Assembly: GCA_937901125.1 (NCBI GenBank)
Contig: CALCGT010000059.1
Coordinates: 1,154 to 65,153, forward strand
Origin: an uncultured Clostridia bacterium
GTDB lineage: Bacteria; Bacillota; Clostridia; Lachnospirales; Anaerotignaceae
Direction: 5' to 3'
Length of the DNA stretch: 64,000 nucleotides
Below the pieces are notes generated by a model. That model saw only the letters and a list, made by a program, of their open reading frames with translations. It did no database searches and was not told the DNA's origin. Below are positions 1-9,422 of this stretch, one piece after another; position 1 is the stretch's first letter; every line of letters begins with the position of its first letter. Position numbers and translations under genes: made by a program.

Positions 1-1378
1 CATTGTGCTGACCATTATCAATAAAGAGGAAAGCCCTGAAACAAAGCTGATGTGGACCATCATAACGATGCTGCTGCCTTTGGTGGGCGGGGCGTTATAT
101 TTGTATGTAAAAATGCAGCCGGGATATCGATTCTTGGAGAAACGTCTAAACAGCATTTACAAGCAGACGAAAGATTATGTGCAGCAGGACAAGAGTGTGC
201 TGCAGGCTTTGGAAAATGCGGACAAGGGCACGGCAAGGCTGGCAGGATATGTACATAAAAACGGGAATTTTCCTGTGTATCAGAATACTAAGGTGAAATA
301 TTTCCCTTTGGGCGAGGATAAATTTGAAGCTATGCTGGAGGAACTGGCAAAGGCGGAGAAATTCATCTTTATGGAATACTTTATTCTGAAGGAAGGATAC
401 ATGTGGGAAAAAATCCTGGAGATATTGGAGGAGAAAGCAAAGACAGGCGTAGAGGTGCGAGTGATGTACGACGGGACCTGCGCTATGTTTGATCTGCCTT
501 ACAAATATCCGGAGGAATTGAAGGCGAAGGGCATCCAATGCAAGATGGTTGCGCCGATTCGCCCCATTCTTTGCACCCATTACAATAACCGTGACCACCG
601 AAAGATTCTTGTCATTGACGGGAAGGTGGGCTTTACGGGAGGCATCAACATCGGGGATGAATACATCAATCGGGTGGAGAAACACGGCCATTGGAAGGAT
701 ACGGCGGTGATGCTGAAAGGGGACGCAGTGCAGGGACTGACCATGATGTTTTTGCAGATGTGGAGTGTTTCCGAAAAACAGGAGGAATATGGAGAATATC
801 TGGAGAAAGAAGGAAAAGACCAGCAGGCCATGGGGTTCGTTATGCCTTATGGGGACAGCCCCTTTGATGACGAGCTGATTGGGGAAACGGTTTACATGGA
901 CATCCTGAACCGGGCCAAGGACTATGTGCATATTATGACGCCATACTTGATTATCGACCAGAGGATGATCACGGCACTGAGCTTTGCTGCAAAACGGGGA
1001 GTGGAGGTGAAGCTGATTCTGCCCCATGTGCCCGATAAGAAATTTGCCTTTGCTTTGGCAAAGAATCATTACCCTGCACTGCTGAAGGCAGGGGTGAAGA
1101 TTTACGAATATACACCCGGTTTTGTTCATGCAAAGGTATTTACCAGTGATGATGAGAAGGCTGTGGTAGGAACCATCAATCTGGATTACAGAAGCCTGTA
1201 TCTGCATTTTGAATGTGCAGCATTTTTATATCAGGTGGATGAAATCGAAAATATTGAGAGGGATTTTCAGGACACACTGGAGAAATGTCAGGAGATCACC
1301 TTGGAGAACTATAAACGGGGGACACTGCTGCTGCGGTTGGAGGGGTGGCTGCTGAAGGTGTTGGCCCCATTGATGTGA
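1..1378 (+). CDS. cls: cardiolipin synthase (phospholipase D family), 5-prime end cut by window edge
   Basis: The ORF is open to the window edge. It has two HKD motifs (HRKILVIDG and HAKVFTSDD) and an N-terminal TM helix. Stop is TGA at 1376-1378. Confidence 0.85.
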   Translation, partial: IVLTIINKEESPETKLMWTIITMLLPLVGGALYLYVKMQPGYRFLEKRLNSIYKQTKDYVQQDKSVLQALENADKGTARLAGYVHKNGNFPVYQNTKVKYFPLGEDKFEAMLEELAKAEKFIFMEYFILKEGYMWEKILEILEEKAKTGVEVRVMYDGTCAMFDLPYKYPEELKAKGIQCKMVAPIRPILCTHYNNRDHRKILVIDGKVGFTGGINIGDEYINRVEKHGHWKDTAVMLKGDAVQGLTMMFLQMWSVSEKQEEYGEYLEKEGKDQQAMGFVMPYGDSPFDDELIGETVYMDILNRAKDYVHIMTPYLIIDQRMITALSFAAKRGVEVKLILPHVPDKKFAFALAKNHYPALLKAGVKIYEYTPGFVHAKVFTSDDEKAVVGTINLDYRSLYLHFECAAFLYQVDEIENIERDFQDTLEKCQEITLENYKRGTLLLRLEGWLLKVLAPLM

Positions 1379-1402
1379 AACCAAGCGGAGAAACCCATTT
1401 TT

Positions 1403-1455
1403 CTTATATAAAACCCGTTCGGTTTGCTTGCAAAAACGAACGGGTTTTATATAAG
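1403..1455. terminator. 19-bp perfect inverted repeat hairpin after cls
   Basis: CTTATATAAAACCCGTTCG (1403-1421) pairs with CGAACGGGTTTTATATAAG (1437-1455). U-rich tracts lie on both sides. Confidence 0.6.
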
Positions 1456-1770
1456 AAAATAGTTTGGGAGCAAATGCATGTGTATGCTCATAGGAGTTAT
1501 GAATGAGTTTTTGAAAATTTCATTTTAGCTCGAATGGGTGGAATTCGAGTAGTTTAGAGGTCGAGAGACTTCAGATAAAACATATTGCCGAAATAAGAAA
1601 GCCGTTCCTTTTTCAACAGCGAAAAAGGGCGGCTTTTGCTGATGAAAAAGGGGCTGCGACGACAGCGTTTGACAGGATATGCAAAGAAGAAATGGTATCT
1701 TTGTAGACAGGAATGGAAAGATACGATTTTCAGTCTGAGCAACGAGAACAACGCAAAAGGAGGAAGCAGC

Positions 1771-2952
1771 ATGCAATATTTTTTTGACGGCGACAGCAAT
1801 TTATACGGCACGGCGGGAAAGGAAATTTCCATGCCTACGCGGACAAAGCAGATGGGGAGCATTGAAAACCATGTGAAGATCTTCGTGGAGGATTATGTTT
1901 ATACATATCTGTATCAATATGGCAGAAGCGGCGGCGGGAAGGAAAAGCTGGCGGCGCTGATCGGGAAGCATTACGTGATCGAAGGGCAGGAGGTGCTGGT
2001 GATCTCCGGGGCTATTCAGGGGAAAGGAACGGTGCAGCAGAACGGCGTGGAATGCTTCAGTGAAGAGACATGGGAATACATCGGCGGACAGATGCAGACC
2101 TATTTCAAGGGGATGACCATTGTGGGATGGGTTCATTGCCAGCCCAGCTTTGGGTCATTTTTGATGGCACGGGACGAGGTGTTTCATAAGGAATACTTTA
2201 AGGAAAAATGGCAGGTGCTGTTTGTAGTGGATACCATGGACAAGCTGGACACTTTCTATATCTACAATGAGGACGGAACAGGGCTTCGACAGGCCAGAGG
2301 ATATTTCGTTTACTATGACAGAAACCGAGAGATGCAGGAATATATGCTGGAGAACAGCATGATCCGCCCCAGAGAGGAAGCCAAGGAAGGGACAAGCCCA
2401 CAGGCAGAAACTGAGGTTTTTGCGGCAGAACAGGCAGAAGGCAGAGAGCGGCAGAGAAGAAAGCCCTCGGCAGAGGAACGGATGGATGCGGCGAAGGAAA
2501 TCCGGCGGGTGCTGCAGAAGCGGGAGAAGGAAGTGAAGCAGGCCAAGAAGGAGCATGACCGATTGCTGGCGACGGTAAGTTGTGTGCTTTGTGCTGTTTG
2601 CGTCTGCATGGGGCTGGCGATGATGCAGAGCTTGGACAGATTGAAGATGGTGGAGACGGAGCTGCTTGCTATGCAGACTTCTTATCAGAACCTAGCAGAG
2701 GATTTCGAAGGGGTAAAGGTGCAAAGCGTTTTTGCCGTACAGCAGGCAAAAGACGCACAGGCAACGGAACCTGCAACAACAGAAAAGGTGACAAACAAAA
2801 AATATATTGTGGAAGGCGGAGATAGCTTAGGGTACATCAGCAGAAAATTTTATGGAGATAATAGCGGGATCGTACGGATCATGGAGGCCAATGGGCTGAA
2901 AAATGCCGATATGATCTATGAAGGACAGGCACTTTGGATTCCGGAAGCATAA
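1771..2952 (+). CDS. membrane protein with degenerate MPN/JAB-like N-domain, coiled-coil, one TM helix and C-terminal LysM
   Basis: Start chosen at ATG 1771 behind AAGGAGG (1757-1763). The MPN core GWVHCQPSFGSFLMARD resembles the JAMM core GWYHSHPGFGCWLSGVD. TM helix is LLATVSCVLCAVCVCMGLAMM. LysM is YIVEGGDSLGYISRKFYG...IYEGQALWIP. Confidence 0.7.
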   Translation: MQYFFDGDSNLYGTAGKEISMPTRTKQMGSIENHVKIFVEDYVYTYLYQYGRSGGGKEKLAALIGKHYVIEGQEVLVISGAIQGKGTVQQNGVECFSEETWEYIGGQMQTYFKGMTIVGWVHCQPSFGSFLMARDEVFHKEYFKEKWQVLFVVDTMDKLDTFYIYNEDGTGLRQARGYFVYYDRNREMQEYMLENSMIRPREEAKEGTSPQAETEVFAAEQAEGRERQRRKPSAEERMDAAKEIRRVLQKREKEVKQAKKEHDRLLATVSCVLCAVCVCMGLAMMQSLDRLKMVETELLAMQTSYQNLAEDFEGVKVQSVFAVQQAKDAQATEPATTEKVTNKKYIVEGGDSLGYISRKFYGDNSGIVRIMEANGLKNADMIYEGQALWIPEA

Positions 2953-2958
2953 TAGAGA

Positions 2959-3000
2959 GAGGACCTCAAGTTCAAAAGGACTTGGGGTCTTTATTTTTTT
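2959..3000 (+). terminator. rho-independent terminator
   Basis: GACCTCAAG (2962-2970) pairs with CTTGGGGTC (2981-2989), followed by TTTATTTTTTT. Confidence 0.7.
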
Positions 3001-3159
3001 GAAAAAAGGGGAAGATTTTTGTCGCATTGTATGAGATAGTCTCAATCATCTCATTTGCTATTGACAGCATGGAATGGAAAATGTTAGAAGTAGATAAGAA
3101 CAGATGTTCTTTATATTTCTAAAACAGGAACAAATATTTGCATTTAGGAGGAGAAGAGA

Positions 3160-3618
3160 TTGGGCTGGAAGGCATATGTGAAAGGGAGAATGGACAGCGA
3201 CAAGGGGCGTATGAAGATGCGGCTGTTGGACTGGGGATGTGCGGCAGAACGATGCGGACGGAGACAGGAAGAGATGAAACGGATTATCAAGCTGCGGAAA
3301 GAGCAGGGGGAATTGATTGGGGAGAATGATTCCGCAGCGGTGGCTCAGATGTTGGAGGAGATTGAACAGCAATACGAAGGAGACATGGCCAAACTGCAGG
3401 GCGAGATCATGGGAATCATGAAGCAGAAAAAGCAGGTGGATGGGCTGTTGCGGGGGCTGACGGAAGAAGAACGGGAATACATCCAGATGCGATACGAGAA
3501 AGGGTATGGCTTTGATTTCATTGGGATGAAGCTGCATATAAGCCGGGCTACGTTATTTCGGATGCAGGATCGGATTTTGGAAAAGTTGCTGCAGATGGAA
3601 AAAGATGAGACTGCATAA
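3160..3618 (+). CDS. phage-type transcriptional regulator with sigma-70 region-4-like HTH
   Basis: TTG start lies 8 nt after AGGAGG (3146-3151). The C-terminus LTEEEREYIQMRYEKGYGFDFIGMKLHISRATLFRMQDRILEKL has the region-4/LuxR-like HTH pattern seen in phage late regulators. It is the first gene of the cluster. Confidence 0.6.
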   Translation: MGWKAYVKGRMDSDKGRMKMRLLDWGCAAERCGRRQEEMKRIIKLRKEQGELIGENDSAAVAQMLEEIEQQYEGDMAKLQGEIMGIMKQKKQVDGLLRGLTEEEREYIQMRYEKGYGFDFIGMKLHISRATLFRMQDRILEKLLQMEKDETA

Positions 3619-3671
3619 GAGTTGGAAGGGGATATATTGAAGGAGCAGTGGAGAAAGGAGGCGATGCAAAT

Positions 3672-4070
3672 GTGGCAGAGAGAAAATTGACGGAACGGCA
3701 GAGGGAATTTTGCAGGCTTTGCGCCGCAGGAATGAAACCTTTGGATGCGGCAAAGCTGTTGGGGTATCGAAATATCAGCAGGACAGTGGGCGATATGCTG
3801 CGGATGGAGAAGGTCCAGAAGGAGATCCAAAGGAGGAAGGAAACAAAGGCTGAGCAGGCAGAAAAAACTATGCAGAAATCTGAAGAGGAAACGGCAGTGG
3901 CGGAGAAGGAAGAAATCCTGTGTTTTCTGACGGAAATGATGCGAGAGGATGATGACCCGAAGATGCGAATGAAAGCGGCAGAACTTTTGGGCAAACGGGA
4001 GAGCTTGTTTGAAAAGGAAAAAAAAGCCGAGGAAAAGAGTCCCATCTTCATCGTGGATGATCTGCCATGA
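3672..4070 (+). CDS. terminase small subunit
   Basis: LTERQREFCRLCAAGMKPLDAAKLLGYRN matches the Terminase_2-type N-terminal HTH pattern. GTG 3672 lies 10 nt after AAAGGAGG (3654-3661). The in-frame GTG at 3648 is an alternative start. The stop overlaps the terL ATG (ATGA). Confidence 0.7.
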   Translation: MAERKLTERQREFCRLCAAGMKPLDAAKLLGYRNISRTVGDMLRMEKVQKEIQRRKETKAEQAEKTMQKSEEETAVAEKEEILCFLTEMMREDDDPKMRMKAAELLGKRESLFEKEKKAEEKSPIFIVDDLP

Positions 4071-5305
4071 AGATGACGAAGCTGAGCCAGTGCATTGGGA
4101 AAGGATTTTACGGCCTGCACAGAGATATCCGAGAAGGGGGACATACCCACTACTGGCTGAAAGGCGGGAGAGGAAGCGGAAAATCTTCGTTTCTTTCCAT
4201 TGAAATCATACTGGGACTGGTGGAGGACGAGGATGCCAATGCAGTGGTGCTGCGAAAAGTGGCGGCAAATCTGCGGGACAGTGTTTTCGAGCAGATGACG
4301 TGGGCCATTCATGCTTTGGGTGTGGAGGATGAATGGGAGAGAAAGATAAGCCCCATGGAGCTGGTACGGAAAAGTACAGGACAAAAGGTGCTGTTTCGGG
4401 GATGCGATGACCCGAGAAAGCTGAAATCCATCAAATTTCAGGGTGGGTATGCTAAATTCATCTGGTATGAAGAGGTGGATGAATTTGGCGGGATGCAGGA
4501 ACTGCGGAATTTGAATCAAAGCCTGATGCGAGGGGGCGAGGAATTTCGCATTTTTTACAGCTATAACCCGCCCAAGCACGCCAGAAGCTGGGTGAACCAG
4601 GAGATGGCAGAGGAACGGAAGGGCAGGCTGGTGCATCACAGCACCTACAAAGAGATGCCGGAGGAATGGCTGGGGAGCCAATTTTTGGTGGAGGCAGAAT
4701 ATATACGGAAGCGGCACCCGGAGATTTACCGACACGAATACTTGGGAGAAGTGACGGGGAGCGGCGGAGAGGTTTTCCGCAACCTGACCCTGCGGGAGAT
4801 CAGCGACGAGGAAATTTCCGCTTTTGACAGAATCAGCCGCGGGCTGGACTGGGGGTATGCCGTAGACCCACTGCATTATACGGTGAACCACTACGACAAG
4901 ACCAGAAGACGGCTGTATATCTTCTTTGAACTGCGGGCCCAAGGCATGAGCAACCGAAGATTGGCAGAGGAGATCGGAAAGGAGAATCCCAACCACAGGG
5001 CGGTCATTTGTGATAGCGCAGAGCCGAAATCCATTGCGGAGATGCGGGACTATGGTGTGGCTGCTGTGGGAGCGAAAAAAGGGCCTGACAGCGTGTATTA
5101 CGGCATCAAGTGGTTACAGGATTTGGAGGAAATCATCATTGACCCGAAGCGATGCCCAGAGACGGCAAAGGAATTCTACGGATACGAATACGAAGGGGAC
5201 GGCAAAGGCAGCTGGAAGGCCGCATTTCCAGACAGAGAAAATCATGCCATTGACGCGGTGCGCTACAGCCGAGAGGATGATATGAGACATGTATGGATCA
5301 GGTAG
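4067..5305 (+). CDS. terminase large subunit (PBSX/XtmB-like)
   Basis: Walker A is KGGRGSGKS. The C-terminal nuclease region ends NHAIDAVRYS. 412 aa. Confidence 0.9.
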   Translation: MKMTKLSQCIGKGFYGLHRDIREGGHTHYWLKGGRGSGKSSFLSIEIILGLVEDEDANAVVLRKVAANLRDSVFEQMTWAIHALGVEDEWERKISPMELVRKSTGQKVLFRGCDDPRKLKSIKFQGGYAKFIWYEEVDEFGGMQELRNLNQSLMRGGEEFRIFYSYNPPKHARSWVNQEMAEERKGRLVHHSTYKEMPEEWLGSQFLVEAEYIRKRHPEIYRHEYLGEVTGSGGEVFRNLTLREISDEEISAFDRISRGLDWGYAVDPLHYTVNHYDKTRRRLYIFFELRAQGMSNRRLAEEIGKENPNHRAVICDSAEPKSIAEMRDYGVAAVGAKKGPDSVYYGIKWLQDLEEIIIDPKRCPETAKEFYGYEYEGDGKGSWKAAFPDRENHAIDAVRYSREDDMRHVWIR

Positions 5306-6768
5306 AGAAAGGAGAAGGGGAATTGTTTATCACAGAAATGGAGCTGCTGAAAGCAAGGCTGGCGGCGGGGAAAAGCCTCAATGACAGCCATATTCTGAAG
5401 GAGATCATTCAGGAGGACAAAAACAGCGACAAGAAAAAGAGGATGGAAGAGGGAGAGCGATATTATCAGGGGAAGCATGACATTTTGCAGAAGGACTTTC
5501 GCAGAAGCCCGGTTTCCGAAACAGGGAGAGACGGGGAAGAAAGCATGCAGATGTTTTTTAACCCGAACCGAAGCAATCACCATTGCGTGAACCCGTTCCA
5601 CCATACATTGGTGGCACAAAAGACCGCCTATCTGGTGGGGAGAGAGCCTACTATCAGCGTAAGGGGGCAGGAAAGCAGGGGATTTGAGGCCATGCTGACG
5701 GATTTTACTGACGAGGGCTTCAACAGTATGCTGCAGAATTGGATCATCGGGGCGGCCAACAAAGGTGTGGAATATCTGCATGTTTATTATGACGAAGAAG
5801 GGACGTTCCGATACTGCATCGTGCCTGCGGAGGAGATCATCGTGGTTTACGACGAGGTCTATCAGCAGGATATTAAGGAAGTCATTCGATATTATGACAT
5901 CAAGGCGCTGGAAGGCGGCAGAGAAAAAACCAAGCGGCGTGTGGAATGGTGGACAGCAGAAAACGTGACTTATTACACGGAGAACAGCCACGGAGAATTC
6001 CTGAAAGAAAACGAAAGCGGTCACTGGACGGTGACAGAACTGTTGGATGGCGAGGAAAGGGAGACCGTGGAACACGGCTGGGGCAGAGTGCCCTTTATTC
6101 CTCTGCGAAACAACGACAGGGAAATGACGGACTTGCAGCTGGTGAAGGGACTCATCGATGCCTATGATTATGTAAGCAGTGAAGGGACAAATAATCTGCT
6201 GGATCTGGTGGATCTGTATTGGGTGATCCAAGGCTACGGCGGAGAGACAGCCAGTGCGGTGGCACGAAAGCTACAGGTAAACAAGGCGGTGCAGATCAGC
6301 GACAGCAGCGGCAGCGTGGAGGCCAAGCAGGTACAGCTGCCTGTGGAGGGCAGACTGGACTGGATGCAGATGTTGCGGAAGGATATTTTCCACTTCGGCA
6401 TGGGGGTGGACACCGACAGCGACGACTGGGGCAAGGCCGCCAGCGGGGTGGCACTGAAATTCCAGTATGCTATGTTTTACCTGAAGATCAACGGCATTAT
6501 ACCGGAAATCAAGAAAGCCATGAAGGAGTTTTTCCGTTTTATAGTGGAGGACTGGAACCGGGAAAATGGCACTGACTGGGATTGGAGGAAAATCCAGATT
6601 ACCCTGAACACCAACGGCATCACCGATGATCTGGAGACGATGCAGATTATTACAGAAAGCAAGGGTATCGTCAGCGAAAAGACACTGCTGGGGAAACATC
6701 CCTTTGTTGAGGATGTGAACAGTGAAATGGAACAGTTGGAAAGAGAAAGAAAGGGGAAAGAAGAATGA
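5293..6768 (+). CDS. portal protein (SPP1 gp6-like)
   Basis: Size (491 aa), position after terL, and portal-like sequence. The start is ambiguous: ATG 5293 overlaps the terL end, and in-frame TTG 5323 follows AAAGGAG. Confidence 0.8.
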   Translation: MDQVEKGEGELFITEMELLKARLAAGKSLNDSHILKEIIQEDKNSDKKKRMEEGERYYQGKHDILQKDFRRSPVSETGRDGEESMQMFFNPNRSNHHCVNPFHHTLVAQKTAYLVGREPTISVRGQESRGFEAMLTDFTDEGFNSMLQNWIIGAANKGVEYLHVYYDEEGTFRYCIVPAEEIIVVYDEVYQQDIKEVIRYYDIKALEGGREKTKRRVEWWTAENVTYYTENSHGEFLKENESGHWTVTELLDGEERETVEHGWGRVPFIPLRNNDREMTDLQLVKGLIDAYDYVSSEGTNNLLDLVDLYWVIQGYGGETASAVARKLQVNKAVQISDSSGSVEAKQVQLPVEGRLDWMQMLRKDIFHFGMGVDTDSDDWGKAASGVALKFQYAMFYLKINGIIPEIKKAMKEFFRFIVEDWNRENGTDWDWRKIQITLNTNGITDDLETMQIITESKGIVSEKTLLGKHPFVEDVNSEMEQLERERKGKEE

Positions 6769-7187
6769 AACTGACACAGATGGTAGAAAGATTTGCCAAG
6801 CAGGGCATGGTAAACGCAGCGGCAAAGGTGGAACTGATGCAGGCTGCGGAAGAGATGGAGAGCCAGATGCAGGAAATGCAGGAGGCACTGGATGGCAAGG
6901 ACGGTGAACTGGCGGAAAATAGAAAGACTGCGGCGGTGGAAAGAGCCATTTTGGAAGCCGGCGGCAAAAATGTGAAGGCCATCATGGCACTGATCGATAT
7001 GGAAGAAGTGTCCTATGATCAGAAGGAAGGCCTGACAGGGCTGGACATGGAGGCGGTGAAGGCAGAAGCGCCTTATCTGTTCCATGAAAAGGCAGAAAAG
7101 AAAAAGGGCACAGGCGCAGCAAAAAGCGGGCAGAAAAAGAGAGAGGACGAGATTAGAGAGGCTTTCAGAAGAGGCCTGGGTAGATAA
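6765..7187 (+). CDS. capsid scaffolding protein (GP20-like)
   Basis: ATGA overlap with portal. It is a helical, Glu/Lys/Ala-rich 140-aa protein immediately upstream of the capsid gene. Confidence 0.65.
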   Translation: MKLTQMVERFAKQGMVNAAAKVELMQAAEEMESQMQEMQEALDGKDGELAENRKTAAVERAILEAGGKNVKAIMALIDMEEVSYDQKEGLTGLDMEAVKAEAPYLFHEKAEKKKGTGAAKSGQKKREDEIREAFRRGLGR

Positions 7188-7199
7188 GGAGGAGGAAAT

Positions 7200-8120
7200 A
7201 TGAGTTTTAACAGTTTTGAATATGCATCTGTTTTTATGGAAGAACTGGATAGCCAGCTGGTGGAAAAATCTACGACAGGCTGGATGGAGGACAATGCGGG
7301 ACAGGTGCAGTACAACGGCGGCGCGGAAGTGAAAATTCCAAAAATGCAGATGAGCGGTCTGGGGGACTATGACAGAGACGGGGGCTTTGCCAAGGGTGCG
7401 GTGACAGTGACCTATGAAACGAAGAAGCTGACCCAGGACAGAGGCAGAACCTTCCAGTTGGACGCTATGGATGTGGATGAAACAAATTTTGCGGCTACAG
7501 CAGGGGCAGTGATGCGGGAATTCCAGAATACAAAGGTCATTCCTGAAATCGACGCTTACCGCTACAGCAAGATCGCTGAGCTGGCGCAGACAGCCCAAAA
7601 GACAAAGGAATACACAGCAACGGTAGATACGATTTTTGAAAACCTGATGAACGATATGACTGCGATTCGGGATACCGTAGGCGACGGCTGTGAAATGGTC
7701 ATTGCCATGAGTGCAAAGGTGGCAGGGATGCTGGATCTGGCAAAAGGCGGTGCAAATGTGCTGGAAAGCGGTGTATTCCAGCAGGGCAGCGCAGAGCTGA
7801 AAGTGAAAGAAATCGACGGCTGCCCTATCATCAGAGTGCCTTCTGCACGATTCCAGACAAAATATACTTTTAAGGATGGCGTGACAGAAAATGAAACTGA
7901 CGGTGGTTTTGCGGCGGCAGAAGACGCCAAGGCTATCAACTGGATCATCATGGTGAAACAGGCACCTGTGGCCATTTCCAAAACAGATGTGACAAGAATT
8001 TTTGACCCTATGACAAACCAGAACGCCAATGCGTGGAAGATTGACTACAGAAAATACCATGATATCTGGATCACAGACAACGGCATGGACGGTATTGTGG
8101 TGAACATCAGCAAAGCATAA
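7200..8120 (+). CDS. major capsid protein (XkdG-position)
   Basis: AAGGAGGAGG RBS, 306 aa, located after the scaffold gene. Size and position match PBSX-type coat proteins. Confidence 0.75.
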   Translation: MSFNSFEYASVFMEELDSQLVEKSTTGWMEDNAGQVQYNGGAEVKIPKMQMSGLGDYDRDGGFAKGAVTVTYETKKLTQDRGRTFQLDAMDVDETNFAATAGAVMREFQNTKVIPEIDAYRYSKIAELAQTAQKTKEYTATVDTIFENLMNDMTAIRDTVGDGCEMVIAMSAKVAGMLDLAKGGANVLESGVFQQGSAELKVKEIDGCPIIRVPSARFQTKYTFKDGVTENETDGGFAAAEDAKAINWIIMVKQAPVAISKTDVTRIFDPMTNQNANAWKIDYRKYHDIWITDNGMDGIVVNISKA

Positions 8121-8137
8121 GGAAAGGCGGCGGAAGG

Positions 8138-8467
8138 ATGCAGGAAAGAATTCTGGCGAAGCTGCAGGAATTGAGAGACGAAGATGACCTTGCCGCCATG
8201 GACTTTGCGGCAGGGCGTAGCGAAGAAATGATGAAAGCCTACTGCAACATTGACGAGCTGCCCGAAGAACTGCTGGGGACAGGTGTAGCACTGGCAGGGC
8301 TGCTGTTGGACAGCAGTGCAGTTGCGACGCCCTCCCAGAAGGCCAAAAGCATTAAGGAAGGGGATGTTTCCATCACCTTTCAGGAGGACGGCTGTGGGGC
8401 AGAGGAGGAAAAGCTGCTGGCTTGCTTTCAGGTGGAGCTTGACCGTTGGAGACGGATGGACTGGTAA
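8138..8467 (+). CDS. head-tail connector protein (gp6-like)
   Basis: 109 aa, acidic, first gene after the capsid gene. Confidence 0.55.
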   Translation: MQERILAKLQELRDEDDLAAMDFAAGRSEEMMKAYCNIDELPEELLGTGVALAGLLLDSSAVATPSQKAKSIKEGDVSITFQEDGCGAEEEKLLACFQVELDRWRRMDW

Positions 8468-8479
8468 GGAGGAAGCGGC

Positions 8480-8842
8480 ATGAAAAAGGAATTTGCAAGA
8501 GCAAAAAAAGCCGTGGAGAGCCTATTCTGGGACACCTGCTATGTGGAGATTTTCCAAGAGGAAAAGGCGGACTGGGGCGAGACTATGCATCAGAAGGGGG
8601 AGGCAGACAACTTCCCCTGCCGCCTGACGGAAAAAAACACCCCTTGTGGGGAAAACGGACTGCTGGCGGAGATGGAAAAAACGGTCATTCTGCTTTATCC
8701 TGCTGAAAAGGACATTCCTGTGGGGAGTGCCCTTCGGGTGCGGAAGGAAAACGGCGAGGAACGGCAGTATTTTGCGGCGGGAGATAGTCAGGTGTTTTTG
8801 ACCCATAAGGCAGTGGGGCTGAGAAGGAGAGATATGGTATGA
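8480..8842 (+). CDS. head-tail adaptor / head closure protein
   Basis: TAAGGAGGAAG RBS, 120 aa. Function assigned by position in the head-tail joining block. Confidence 0.5.
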   Translation: MKKEFARAKKAVESLFWDTCYVEIFQEEKADWGETMHQKGEADNFPCRLTEKNTPCGENGLLAEMEKTVILLYPAEKDIPVGSALRVRKENGEERQYFAAGDSQVFLTHKAVGLRRRDMV

Positions 8843-9297
8843 CAGAGGAAATCAGAAGAGCAGTGATAAAGGCAATCTCTGAAAAATTCGGGCTGCCGGT
8901 CTATGGGCAGGGAGTGCCCCAAGGGGCAAGAAGACCCTGCCTTACGGTGGAGATCAGAGAATTGGAGCAGAAGCGGCTGCTGGGCAGACGAGCGGCAAGA
9001 AAAGTCATGGTGGAGAGTCGGTATTTTTGCGGCGGGGCGAAAACAGCGGCGGAAGGAATGGCGGCGGCGGATGGGCTTTTTGAAGTGCTGAGTATCATTG
9101 GCACAGATGAAAAATTTGCGGCAAGTGGTATGAAGCAGGAAACGACGGAAGACGGCGTGAAAGTCATGGCGGAATATGAATATCACATCATTTTTGACGA
9201 GGAAGAGATCGGGCTGATGGAACGGCTGGAATACAACGGAAAGGAAGCAGTGGGCTATGAAACAGAAGGCGACATTCAGCAGGGAACAGCTGAGTAA
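8839..9297 (+). CDS. head-tail joining / tail completion protein
   Basis: ATGA overlap with the previous ORF, 152 aa. Function assigned by position only. Confidence 0.45.
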   Translation: MTEEIRRAVIKAISEKFGLPVYGQGVPQGARRPCLTVEIRELEQKRLLGRRAARKVMVESRYFCGGAKTAAEGMAAADGLFEVLSIIGTDEKFAASGMKQETTEDGVKVMAEYEYHIIFDEEEIGLMERLEYNGKEAVGYETEGDIQQGTAE

Positions 9298-9421
9298 GAG
9301 CAAGACCTTTGGGTATGGTGCTGACCTGGTGAAAGCGGTGCTGGAGGACAGAGCATACACCAAGGGAGAAGCGGAAAAGAAAATTCAGGCATATTTGACA
9401 GGAAAAAGAAAGGAGTATTGA
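9257..9421 (+). CDS. small conserved-looking phage protein (54 aa), overlaps upstream ORF by 41 nt
   Basis: I translated this by hand; it is below the ORF-track size cutoff. Sequence is MKQKATFSREQLSKSKTFGYGADLVKAVLEDRAYTKGEAEKKIQAYLTGKRKEY. It fills the otherwise non-coding gap before the sheath gene, and its stop TGA (9419-9421) lies 1 nt before the sheath ATG. Confidence 0.4.
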   Translation: MKQKATFSREQLSKSKTFGYGADLVKAVLEDRAYTKGEAEKKIQAYLTGKRKEY

Positions 9422-9422
9422 T

